A stretch of 64,000 nucleotides of DNA from Candidatus Staskawiczbacteria bacterium (GTDB lineage: Bacteria; Patescibacteriota; Minisyncoccia; Minisyncoccales; Staskawiczbacteraceae). The stretch spans positions 1,002-65,001 of the forward strand of contig CAILLM010000003.1 in the NCBI GenBank assembly GCA_903835075.1, read 5' to 3'. Position 1 is the first letter of the stretch; each line of letters begins with the position of its first letter. The notes below the pieces were generated by a model. That model did not search any database. It worked only from the letters and a program-made list of their open reading frames with translations, and had not been told where the DNA came from. The translations under genes were made by a program, and so were the position numbers. This document shows positions 37,795 to 46,371 of the stretch, in pieces.

Positions 37795-39138
37795 CTAAAC
37801 CCTTTTTGCGTCTCTGAAAAAATTATAAGCCACTAAGCAAAATAAAATAAATATAAGTACTGTATTCCAATTAATAAGTGCCGATAGATCAAACTCTTTT
37901 TTAAGCGCTATATTGGCATGTATTTCCTTGCCTTCAGCCACGCTAAAAGCGTCTCCTTGAAAAAAGTAATAATTTGGAACTGAAACAGTAATATAATATG
38001 TTCCGGCAGGCACCAAGAAAGCATAATTTCCGGTTGTGTCAGTTATCTGAGGGTTTTCTTGACCAAATTCGCCAGCACTCCATAACTCATATTTATCATT
38101 ATTAAATCTGTACAGAGAAACTACAGCATTATTTATACGAAGTTCTTTATCACCGGATTTCTCATAAATATATCCTTCGGGATCAATCAATGTAGTAAAT
38201 TTAATATCTTTTTTATTCTCAACTGCACCGCCATAATCTATTGAAGATACAACCTCATATTCCCCTTTTGCCACAGGGGCCTTTATGTCAGCAGTATAAA
38301 TACCATCTTTGTCATCATCATTATAATTAAAATTCAAAACCGTGAATTGTTGGTCTAATTCTGAAGTTATTTTCGTACTATTCTTAACAATATGACTAGA
38401 AGTAATATCAGAACCACTCAATGCTGAAAGTGCCATATTAAAAGATGGAATATATCTACCTGTAAAAGCAACTTTTGGATTATATGATTTAAAAATTATA
38501 TATCCAGAAACTGCTTTTGCCCGAGCTTTTGGTTTCAAAATTAAATGCATTGACTCTCCTGGAAAAACATTGATTTTTTGAGCTACAACATCGCTATTTG
38601 AAAAATCTAATTTGATTAAAGCATCTATTTTTCTGTTAGCCAACTGAACAAAAACTATTTCTGTTGGTATTTTATTGTCTCCAATTTTTTTAAGTCCTGG
38701 CAAAAAAATATTGTAATTATTAAGGCTTGCCACATCTTCTGCGTTGCTAATGTTTAACTTAGAAAGTATTGCCCCAAAATCAGGAATTTTTTGTGTTAAA
38801 TCAGCAACGGCAAGCGGTAAAAAACTTATAATTGATGGCTGACTTCCCTGCTCTGGCTGTGTTGCCTGTGGGACAGTGTTATTTGATGGAGTTGTATTTG
38901 TATTAATAGGTGGTTTTTTCTCAGGAGTGACTACTGTGTTGCCTACTACTGGCAATATTCTACCGCCAGCACTGCCGCTGCTACTACCGGTTGGCTGGTC
39001 TGTTTGGCTGTCAGACACAAAAACACTCACATTAGAAATTTTTGCAGTAAAAAAACTACTAGCAAATGGTACAAAAACTAAAATAAGAGATACTATAAGT
39101 GCCAACCCCAATATTTTACCTTGTATTTTTTCAACCAT
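37795..39138 (-). CDS. Membrane protein paralogous to the C-terminal module of the 2263-aa protein
   Basis: 447 aa; N-terminal TM, Pro/Thr/Gln linker. IDPEGYIYEKSG...NAVVSLYRFNN...TDTTGNYAFLVPAGTYYITVS matches VDPEGYIYQNIS...ATVSIYQLN...TDETGKYSFLVPQGTYYLTID; C-terminal TM. Confidence 0.75.
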   Translation of the reverse strand: MVEKIQGKILGLALIVSLILVFVPFASSFFTAKISNVSVFVSDSQTDQPTGSSSGSAGGRILPVVGNTVVTPEKKPPINTNTTPSNNTVPQATQPEQGSQPSIISFLPLAVADLTQKIPDFGAILSKLNISNAEDVASLNNYNIFLPGLKKIGDNKIPTEIVFVQLANRKIDALIKLDFSNSDVVAQKINVFPGESMHLILKPKARAKAVSGYIIFKSYNPKVAFTGRYIPSFNMALSALSGSDITSSHIVKNSTKITSELDQQFTVLNFNYNDDDKDGIYTADIKAPVAKGEYEVVSSIDYGGAVENKKDIKFTTLIDPEGYIYEKSGDKELRINNAVVSLYRFNNDKYELWSAGEFGQENPQITDTTGNYAFLVPAGTYYITVSVPNYYFFQGDAFSVAEGKEIHANIALKKEFDLSALINWNTVLIFILFCLVAYNFFRDAKRV

Positions 39139-39141
39139 TTT

Positions 39142-40125
39142 TTATTTATGAATTTTTAATTTTTTAACTTCTGGCTCGCCAGGCTCGCTACTGTCAGAGC
39201 TTTTGCCCTGATTTTTCTTCTTACGCAAAATTAAAATAATAATTATCACCAATACTACAATTATTATCACAGCTCCAACTAACACATAAACCCAAAAAGG
39301 AATTGCTGAAAAGTTAGGCATTGAAAATGCAAATCCTTTGTTTTTGGCCACTGCTGACGGACTTACCACGTTAAAAACTAACCTACTATCCACTGCAACC
39401 TTGTCGTCACTATAAATTTTAACATCAGCCCAGTAAGAACCAACGTCTAAATTATTGGGAAACTCTACTGAGATATCTTTTGTTTGGAATGATTGAACTT
39501 TTTCTGCAACACTTAATTCTTGCTGACCTAATTGTTTGTTGTGGTATTGGTCAAAAAAAGTTAACCCAACTTTTGTGGGCCCGTTTTCAGTATTCCCGCT
39601 ATTCTTAACTTTAATTACAAACTTAATAGGAGAACCTTTTGCTGTATCGGGAATTTGAAAGTTTTGTATTGAAAAATCAGAAACCTTAATGTCAGTAATA
39701 TCTAAATTAATAGCTACTTCTGCACCAAGTGTTACTTGAACGCCTCCGGGGTTTCCATTTGCAGGCGAAGTATTTACTGTAATTGTTCCTTTATAATTGC
39801 CAAGTGGGGCGCTTGAGGGGACATTGACATCCACTTTCATTGGAAACTGCTGAGTTCCTTTTGGAATATCAAAAGTATTGCCGTTTTCTATTTTTATCCA
39901 GTTACTAATTGTCCCTGCGTCAATTTTAACTGTTGCATGAAGCGTTTGGTCGGGTTTACTTTGAACTAAATAAACATCTTGCTCGTAAAAAGAACCTGGA
40001 ACCAAATTTTTATTTGAAACAGATGGTGGGGAAACGCCAAAACCAGCTTTTGCAACACCATTTTGCAAAAAGAAAAGCGCAAAACTTAAAAATAAAAACA
40101 CTAACGCTTTCTTTTTATAATTCAT
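39142..40125 (-). CDS. Secreted two-domain Ig-like (CARDB/NEW3-like) protein with C-terminal TM anchor
   Basis: 327 aa; signal peptide, two beta-sandwich-like segments, TM then a basic tail. The overall layout recalls DUF916/DUF3324 proteins (inference). Confidence 0.6.
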   Translation of the reverse strand: MNYKKKALVFLFLSFALFFLQNGVAKAGFGVSPPSVSNKNLVPGSFYEQDVYLVQSKPDQTLHATVKIDAGTISNWIKIENGNTFDIPKGTQQFPMKVDVNVPSSAPLGNYKGTITVNTSPANGNPGGVQVTLGAEVAINLDITDIKVSDFSIQNFQIPDTAKGSPIKFVIKVKNSGNTENGPTKVGLTFFDQYHNKQLGQQELSVAEKVQSFQTKDISVEFPNNLDVGSYWADVKIYSDDKVAVDSRLVFNVVSPSAVAKNKGFAFSMPNFSAIPFWVYVLVGAVIIIVVLVIIIILILRKKKNQGKSSDSSEPGEPEVKKLKIHK

Positions 40126-40152
40126 AGAATATTATTTATTTATATTAAATTA

Positions 40153-41097
40153 TTAAATCGCTGCTTGGGCAGTAAAAGTTGTACTCCCAGAGCATGTTCC
40201 TTTTGTTCCATTTGGAATTGCAATTTGCCAATAACTTGTGTCGTTAACCGGAACAGTTGCCTGCGCAGGTGCTGGTAAATTAGCATTAACATCTGTTGAT
40301 GTATCAGACAAGGCTGTTCCTGTGCCATAAGTAAAACTAGATAATGCATATTGCTGGTTAGCTACAGGAATGCTCCCCCTGGTTGCACAAGTTAAATCAG
40401 TACCAGAAATTTTAAAATCAAGAGCAGTATTTCCCGTGTTGGTTACTGTGGCGGTATGATCACCCGAAGAATTTCCTCCTGGAGCAACCGAGCCATATGC
40501 TATATCGCCAACATTAAGTGATTGCAAATCATTAAGCGTGACCCCAGTAGAAGTATCTGGTGTGCCTGCTCCCACAATATCAGACGCTAACACTGCTGCC
40601 TTCCAAGTTCCTCCGTCTGTGTAATACTGAATAGAAAAATTATGACTAGCAGAATAACTTACATCGCTATCTCCTGTACAGCTTGAATCAGAAGCAGGGG
40701 AGCTGTCAGTCCAAAAATAACAAGTATCGTTGTTTGCATCACCAGAAGTTGCACAAGTTGTTCCATCTTTAAAAACTGCAATAGAAACAGAAGCCAAATC
40801 TTTACAACTGTTATAATCAGTTACTGTTCCAGTTGCTGTAATTGAAGTTGTGGTATTTTCAGTTAAATTTATTGTGTTACCCCCATTTAAAGAAGCTCCG
40901 GAAGATTCTGGCAATGAGTTAGAAACATCCACAGAAACGCTAGATAAGTCAGCCTTAGAAAACTTTTTTAAATTATGCAATTCTTGCGGATAAATAGTAA
41001 TTAACAAAACTAACAAGCAAACAGCCAAAATCCCCACCAATATCATAAGTGTTTTTACAGATTTTTTTTCAGTATTTAAATCATCTCTATCGTCCAT
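40153..41097 (-). CDS. N-terminally anchored protein paralogous to the C-terminal domain of the 1659-aa protein
   Basis: 314 aa; ...HTATVTNTGNTALDFKISG...IPVANQQYALSSFTYGTGTALS...YWQIAIPNGTKGTCSGS parallels ...HTVTVTNTGNIATGFKVAG...IPVGNQQYNLSSFSYGAGTALS...YWQVAVPTGTKGTCTGS. Confidence 0.75.
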   Translation of the reverse strand: MDDRDDLNTEKKSVKTLMILVGILAVCLLVLLITIYPQELHNLKKFSKADLSSVSVDVSNSLPESSGASLNGGNTINLTENTTTSITATGTVTDYNSCKDLASVSIAVFKDGTTCATSGDANNDTCYFWTDSSPASDSSCTGDSDVSYSASHNFSIQYYTDGGTWKAAVLASDIVGAGTPDTSTGVTLNDLQSLNVGDIAYGSVAPGGNSSGDHTATVTNTGNTALDFKISGTDLTCATRGSIPVANQQYALSSFTYGTGTALSDTSTDVNANLPAPAQATVPVNDTSYWQIAIPNGTKGTCSGSTTFTAQAAI

Positions 41098-41146
41098 AAA
41101 TTAATTAATTTTAAACTATTAATTATTCTATTACAAGTTAATAAAT

Positions 41147-44100
41147 TTAATTAATAATAAATGAAGTAGACCCTGTGCATGTCCCTTTTGTTCCAGTAGG
41201 CACCGCAACCTGCCAATAAACATTTTGAGTAACAGTTGGAGTTGATTGTGTTGGCTTGTTTAAATTTGCCCCAACATCAGTTGCTGTAACAGACAAAGCT
41301 GTTCCCGCACCATAACTAAAACTACTCAAATTATATTGCTGATTACCAACTGGTATAGAGGATCTAACCGAACACCCCAAATTGTTACCAGCAACTTTGA
41401 ATCCTGTTGCAATGTTACCGGTGTTAGTAACTGTTACTGTATGGTTTCCAGTTGTATTATGATTTGGAGTAAGTGAACCATAACTTATGGTTGCCCCAAC
41501 ATCAATAGATTTTAATGTATCCATTTCAATCCCCGAAGAAGTTGTTCCTGTACCCCCGCCAATGTGATCTGATGGCGTAATTTTGCAAAGCCAATTTTCA
41601 GAAGAATAAGTCCCCGAATCTGTTGCATCGGCGTAATAATAAACCGGGAATGTGCAAGTATAAATTTGCGTGTTACCCGACCCTCCCGAGGCAACACACT
41701 GGCTGGTGAGGGTATAATGGTTTGCCCTATCATCACTTGCGCCAACACCAATTCCGCTTCTATATAACACTGCAGTAACTCCAGTTAAGTCGGCGTACCC
41801 GTTAGCGTCGTAGGCAGTTGCCGAGCATACAACATTTTTAGTTGTCCCCTCCATTAAAGTTATGTCAGTTGAAGACAAAGTTGTGGCATCATAAGTTAAA
41901 ACACTTCCCGATATATACGGCAAAGTATTAAATTGCCAACCCAAGTTATTACCACCATCGGTGCTGTTTTGTTGTTGAATTGGCTGCGCTGCTCCGTTTG
42001 ACGCATTATTATCATAAACAGTTGCATATTGAACATAGGCATGGCCGTGGTTATCAGAAACAACAGCAATGTCTAAGCGTGCTCTACCAGCTTTAGCACC
42101 GTCGGTTCCGGCTTGATCAGATTTTAACAAAATATTGTGCCCATTTGAACCTTCCAATTGAAACGTGCCGGAAATTGTTGTGGTTGTTGCTTGCGGAAAA
42201 ATAATTATTTGGCTTGGCGTAATGGCTGTAAAATTATAAAACGTTGTTGTGCCAGAAATTGTTGTGGTTGCACCAGAAAATACAACCGCACCAAGTTGTG
42301 GCGTAAAAGTTCCTGTATTTGCCCAATTTCCTGTGTTTGTAATTCCATAATTGCTTCCACTTTTAGCATCAAGCGTACCGGCTGTAATATTTACTCCGGC
42401 CACCGTAATATTTGTTGGCAACGTAAATGTTCCGCCATTGCCGTTTATTTTTAAAATTGCATTTGTGTAAGTCCAATTTTTAATATCTCTTGTACCAGAA
42501 GTAGCAGTATATTCCACCGTTGAACCAGCGCTTAGCGTTGGCGTTGAAACAGTTTCTCCGCCTTGCAGTTGAAGCTTTGCAGTTGAAACAAAAGTTGGCG
42601 AAGTTAAATTATTCCCAGCTAAATTAAGAACCCCAGTAGAACTTAAGGTTGTGCTTACTGCCGATTGATTTCCAGCCAAGGTTACTGTGTTTGAGTCAAT
42701 TACAACCGTATCATAAGAACCAGGATAACCCACCCCCTCTACATTTCCCGCTTTTCCCCAAGTAGCACCTAAGTTCCAATTTCCGTTTACAGCATCGTTG
42801 AAAGAAATTGGCGAAGTTGAACCACCATCAGTTATTGTCCAGCCATAAGTTCCTGTTAAAACTCCGCGTGCGGTTGCCGGAGCACCTGTATAATATTTTG
42901 CACCACCTCCGCTAAAGGTTATCCCTGATTTTACGACTTGCCCAGACCAGCCTACTAATATGTTGCTATAGTTGATAGAAGATAACCCAGAGCTTGTGAA
43001 CATACTAGCCATACCTCCGGCAGCAGTAACTCCAGTCACATTCCAAGTGGCAAGATTTTGATTAAATACAGTGGCGCCATTAAACATATTACTCATTGTT
43101 GTAACACTTCCCGTGTTCCAACCACTTATGTTTTGATTAAAAGCGGTACCCGTAAACATATAACTCATATCTGTTACATTCGCAGTGCTCCAACCGCTTA
43201 TATTTTGATTAAAAGCCCCGTCGTATCCAAACGCATAACGCATGTCCGTAACACTTGACATATTCCAACTTCCAATTGGTTGGTTAAATGGTGCGTTAAA
43301 AAACATCGTATTTATAGATTTAGCACTAATCGTATTCCAGTTCCCAATTGGCTGGTTGAATCCTGACGCTCTAAATGTACCAGCAAAACTCGTAACTTTT
43401 GAAACGTCCCAATTATTTATTGTATTGCTACCACCGTTATTAAAGGCGGTGGCGGTAAAAAACATAGACCCCATATTAATAAGACTAGTTGGAGTCCAAG
43501 CTCCAATGTTTTGGTTAAAAGCAGTGTCTGAATCAAACATGGACAGCATAGTTGTAACTTTGGAAACATTCCAACCTCCAATATTTTGGTTGAACACAGC
43601 ATCCGATTGAAACATATAACTCATATCCCCCACATTCCCTGTGCTCCAACTTCCGATGGGTTGGTTAAAAACAGTCGAAGTAAACATCCATTTCATATCA
43701 GTAACTTTTGATGTATCCCAATTATTTATCGTATTACTACCACCGTTATTAAAGGCACTGGCGTTGCGGAACATGCTATTCATGGTTGTTACAGCTTCTG
43801 TACTCCAACCACCAATGTTTTGGTTAAAGGCCGTACCAAAAAACATACTAGCCATACCCGTGACCTTTGCGGTGTTCCAACTTCCAATGGACTGATTAAA
43901 ATTAGTGTCATAAGCAAACATAGCGGTCATATCTGTAGCACTTATGGTGCTCCAATTTCCAATGGGTTGATTAAATGCAGTATCCTGATAAAACATATAG
44001 CCCATTGTCCCAACCTTTGAAACATCCCAGTTATTTATTGTATTGCTACCACCGTTATTAAAGGCATTAGCACCAAAAAACATATTTGCCGTGTCTGTAA

Positions 44101-46126
44101 CACTTCCAGTATTCCAACCTCCAATGTTCTCATTAAAAGCAGCGGCACTATAAAACATGCGGTTTAAACTTGTAACGCTTGCCATATTCCAACTGCCCAT
44201 AGAAGGAGCAGTTATAATTCCGCTGGCCCTGAAAGCGCTACCCATGTTTGTTATTCCTGTCGTGTCCAAAGCGTCTACTGCGGTAATTCTTAAATTAGTG
44301 GTTCCATAAAAATAACTACCAACATTTCCCAATCTCAATATTCCCCATTGCGAAATAGTTTTTATCTTTAAAACGTCTCCAGTATTATTGAATTGCCAAC
44401 CAGTAAGCGTGCCCGTGATGCTCAGCGTATAGGTTCCCGAAGTTGCGTAAGTATGAGTGACTGCCGCCTGGTTCCATGCGGTAATTGTGCTGGTACTGGT
44501 GTCTCCCCAATCTACTACAAAATTATAAGTGCCTCCATTATACAAAGGAAGTTTAATCTGGCTTGCAGTGCTAGAACCCGTTGAAGTTAAAGTTGTATCC
44601 CATGTTGAAATAAAAGGACTTGGGTCAACAATGTAATCAAAATCCACACTTGCATTAACAACTTTTAAGTCAAAAAGGTCTGTTGGTTTTTGCAAATTTT
44701 GAAGTAAAATTCTGTATTTCTTCGCCTCGCCGAAGCCCGAAGGCGAAGGCGGGTCCGACGTAATATTACTAAAATCGGGGTTCATTCCGTCATTGACTGG
44801 CACTAATTTGTTACCCTCAGTTTGATTTCCATCGGCGTCTGTATAAACGGGGTAGACATCTATTGAACCTTCCATACCTGAATCGGTTGGTCTGGCAAAA
44901 ACAGTTATATCATTTCCAGTACTTAGAATTTGGTCAAAAGTTACCCGCACATAATTATCTTGCGGGACAGTTGCATAAACACCATCTTGCGTGGCAACAG
45001 TGTCATAAATATCAGCTGTTATGTTTTTATCAGCATCTAACTGAAAAGCCTTTGAAATAAAAATAATATCAAAAACTTGCTCAGACAAATGGGGGACAGT
45101 CCATTCCAAATAATCTATCATTCCATTACCATCTAAATCTTTGGCAGTAAATGGAACTTCTTGCCCATTACTATTTTTCCATTTAATTTTTATTTTATTT
45201 TCATCTCCAACTTTGTAGATTTCGGGGATTGTTGTAAAAGCCAAAACATCTGTTAATGGAGTTGTTTCGTCTTTAGCTGAAATAGTAACTTGTTGGCCAG
45301 TGTCTGTGTTGGTTTTCTCAATCACGGGAGCTGGGGCAACATATTCCACGGCAATACAATTATCAGTTTCATCTCCTTGGCAAGGTTGTTTGTCAATTAG
45401 GGGTTGATCTTGAACATCAGGGCTGGGGCTCGCTGGGTCAGCAGACTCAGTGTCCGGTTGAATAACAGGATCAGCAGGTTGCGCGGGCAATTCAGCTGGC
45501 GTCTCGGCGAGCGTTGCTTCCGAGCCTGACGTTGCTTCCGGAGTTGGTGTTACCTCCGGCGTGGTCAAGACTTCTGCTGTGCCAGATACATCAACAAATT
45601 GCGAACTATTATCTGGCAAAATAGCTGAGACAGCTCCTTCCACGGCCTGTTGCTCATCAGCTAAAAATAAGTTCATGCCATAAGCCAAGCTACCCAAAAA
45701 ATTTTTCGCATAATCTTTTTTAGCTACTGGCTTAACTACTTTTAATACATTTAATTTTTGGTCTATGGTAATTTCTGCACCCTTATTTTTCTCTATATTT
45801 CTTATTTCTGCAGGTGTTATTTTCTTAATTTTTATGTCTGTAGCATTCTTAGGAATTTTCACTAAGTGTTTACCATTTTTTATTTCATTAGCATCAACCA
45901 AAGTAACCATTTTTATAGGCAACCCCGCAACTACTTGTGCAACAGGTATAGTTCGTGCGTTTTTAAATGTGAATGTTTCTTCTCGCGAATGACTCAACTC
46001 AAACCAAACACCCCAAGCCACAAACAGCAGCACTAGGGCAAATAAAAATCCCAAAATTATATTTTTATTTTTGGTAAAAAAATTCACTAAAAACTTGCAA
46101 AATTGGTTTACAACTTTATTTTGCAT
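41147..46126 (-). CDS. Giant surface protein (1659 aa) built from five modules
   Basis: Continuous ORF. Modules: N-terminal TM anchor, shared stalk module, about 17 DUF285/BspA-type 26-residue repeats, beta-helix-like region, C-terminal domain shared with 40153-41097. Repeats of the form MF..a.aFNQ.IG.W.ts.Vt.M. Confidence 0.85.
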   Translation of the reverse strand: MQNKVVNQFCKFLVNFFTKNKNIILGFLFALVLLFVAWGVWFELSHSREETFTFKNARTIPVAQVVAGLPIKMVTLVDANEIKNGKHLVKIPKNATDIKIKKITPAEIRNIEKNKGAEITIDQKLNVLKVVKPVAKKDYAKNFLGSLAYGMNLFLADEQQAVEGAVSAILPDNSSQFVDVSGTAEVLTTPEVTPTPEATSGSEATLAETPAELPAQPADPVIQPDTESADPASPSPDVQDQPLIDKQPCQGDETDNCIAVEYVAPAPVIEKTNTDTGQQVTISAKDETTPLTDVLAFTTIPEIYKVGDENKIKIKWKNSNGQEVPFTAKDLDGNGMIDYLEWTVPHLSEQVFDIIFISKAFQLDADKNITADIYDTVATQDGVYATVPQDNYVRVTFDQILSTGNDITVFARPTDSGMEGSIDVYPVYTDADGNQTEGNKLVPVNDGMNPDFSNITSDPPSPSGFGEAKKYRILLQNLQKPTDLFDLKVVNASVDFDYIVDPSPFISTWDTTLTSTGSSTASQIKLPLYNGGTYNFVVDWGDTSTSTITAWNQAAVTHTYATSGTYTLSITGTLTGWQFNNTGDVLKIKTISQWGILRLGNVGSYFYGTTNLRITAVDALDTTGITNMGSAFRASGIITAPSMGSWNMASVTSLNRMFYSAAAFNENIGGWNTGSVTDTANMFFGANAFNNGGSNTINNWDVSKVGTMGYMFYQDTAFNQPIGNWSTISATDMTAMFAYDTNFNQSIGSWNTAKVTGMASMFFGTAFNQNIGGWSTEAVTTMNSMFRNASAFNNGGSNTINNWDTSKVTDMKWMFTSTVFNQPIGSWSTGNVGDMSYMFQSDAVFNQNIGGWNVSKVTTMLSMFDSDTAFNQNIGAWTPTSLINMGSMFFTATAFNNGGSNTINNWDVSKVTSFAGTFRASGFNQPIGNWNTISAKSINTMFFNAPFNQPIGSWNMSSVTDMRYAFGYDGAFNQNISGWSTANVTDMSYMFTGTAFNQNISGWNTGSVTTMSNMFNGATVFNQNLATWNVTGVTAAGGMASMFTSSGLSSINYSNILVGWSGQVVKSGITFSGGGAKYYTGAPATARGVLTGTYGWTITDGGSTSPISFNDAVNGNWNLGATWGKAGNVEGVGYPGSYDTVVIDSNTVTLAGNQSAVSTTLSSTGVLNLAGNNLTSPTFVSTAKLQLQGGETVSTPTLSAGSTVEYTATSGTRDIKNWTYTNAILKINGNGGTFTLPTNITVAGVNITAGTLDAKSGSNYGITNTGNWANTGTFTPQLGAVVFSGATTTISGTTTFYNFTAITPSQIIIFPQATTTTISGTFQLEGSNGHNILLKSDQAGTDGAKAGRARLDIAVVSDNHGHAYVQYATVYDNNASNGAAQPIQQQNSTDGGNNLGWQFNTLPYISGSVLTYDATTLSSTDITLMEGTTKNVVCSATAYDANGYADLTGVTAVLYRSGIGVGASDDRANHYTLTSQCVASGGSGNTQIYTCTFPVYYYADATDSGTYSSENWLCKITPSDHIGGGTGTTSSGIEMDTLKSIDVGATISYGSLTPNHNTTGNHTVTVTNTGNIATGFKVAGNNLGCSVRSSIPVGNQQYNLSSFSYGAGTALSVTATDVGANLNKPTQSTPTVTQNVYWQVAVPTGTKGTCTGSTSFIIN
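44720..44757. repeat. GC hairpin element (family GCCTCGCCGAAGC..GCGAAGGCGGG) in-frame in the giant gene
   Basis: CTTCGCCTCGCCGAAGCCCGAAGGCGAAGGCGGGTCC, translated as PPSPSGFGEAKK; related copies at 57390, 56711 (inverted) and 55869. Confidence 0.8.
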
Positions 46127-46175
46127 TATATAACTTTATCATTTTCAAATTATTTTACAATATACTTTTATGCAC

Positions 46176-46199
46176 AAAAAAGCACCGCTTTCGCGATGC
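46176..46199 (-). terminator. Rho-independent terminator (GAAA tetraloop) downstream of the AK-like gene
   Basis: Minus strand reads GCATCGC-GAAA-GCGGTGC followed by TTTTTT. Confidence 0.6.
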
Positions 46200-46371
46200 C
46201 AATTTGTCGCCCTGAAATTCCTTAAAAAATTCTATTTAAATTAAGGTGGGTGCTCTCATGCCACAACCACGGTTGTAACAAATTTGAGCTCCCTAATAGA
46301 AAATTGTATAGAATTTATTGTGAAATATCAGAGCTATCTTTATTATAATCTGTTAAACTGTTGCGTCAAGT

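Noticed and set aside
41512-45992. Alternative-frame and antisense ORFs inside the 1659-aa gene (41512-41751, 42158-42454, 43058-44020 series, 44393-44584, 44863-45060, 45765-45992)
   Set aside because: Same reasoning. They track the DUF285 repeat DNA and have no start context or motifs.
30906-46126. Diversity-generating retroelement targeting the giant surface proteins
   Set aside because: There is no reverse transcriptase gene and no template/variable repeat pair with adenine-specific differences in the window. The paralogous modules differ at all base types.
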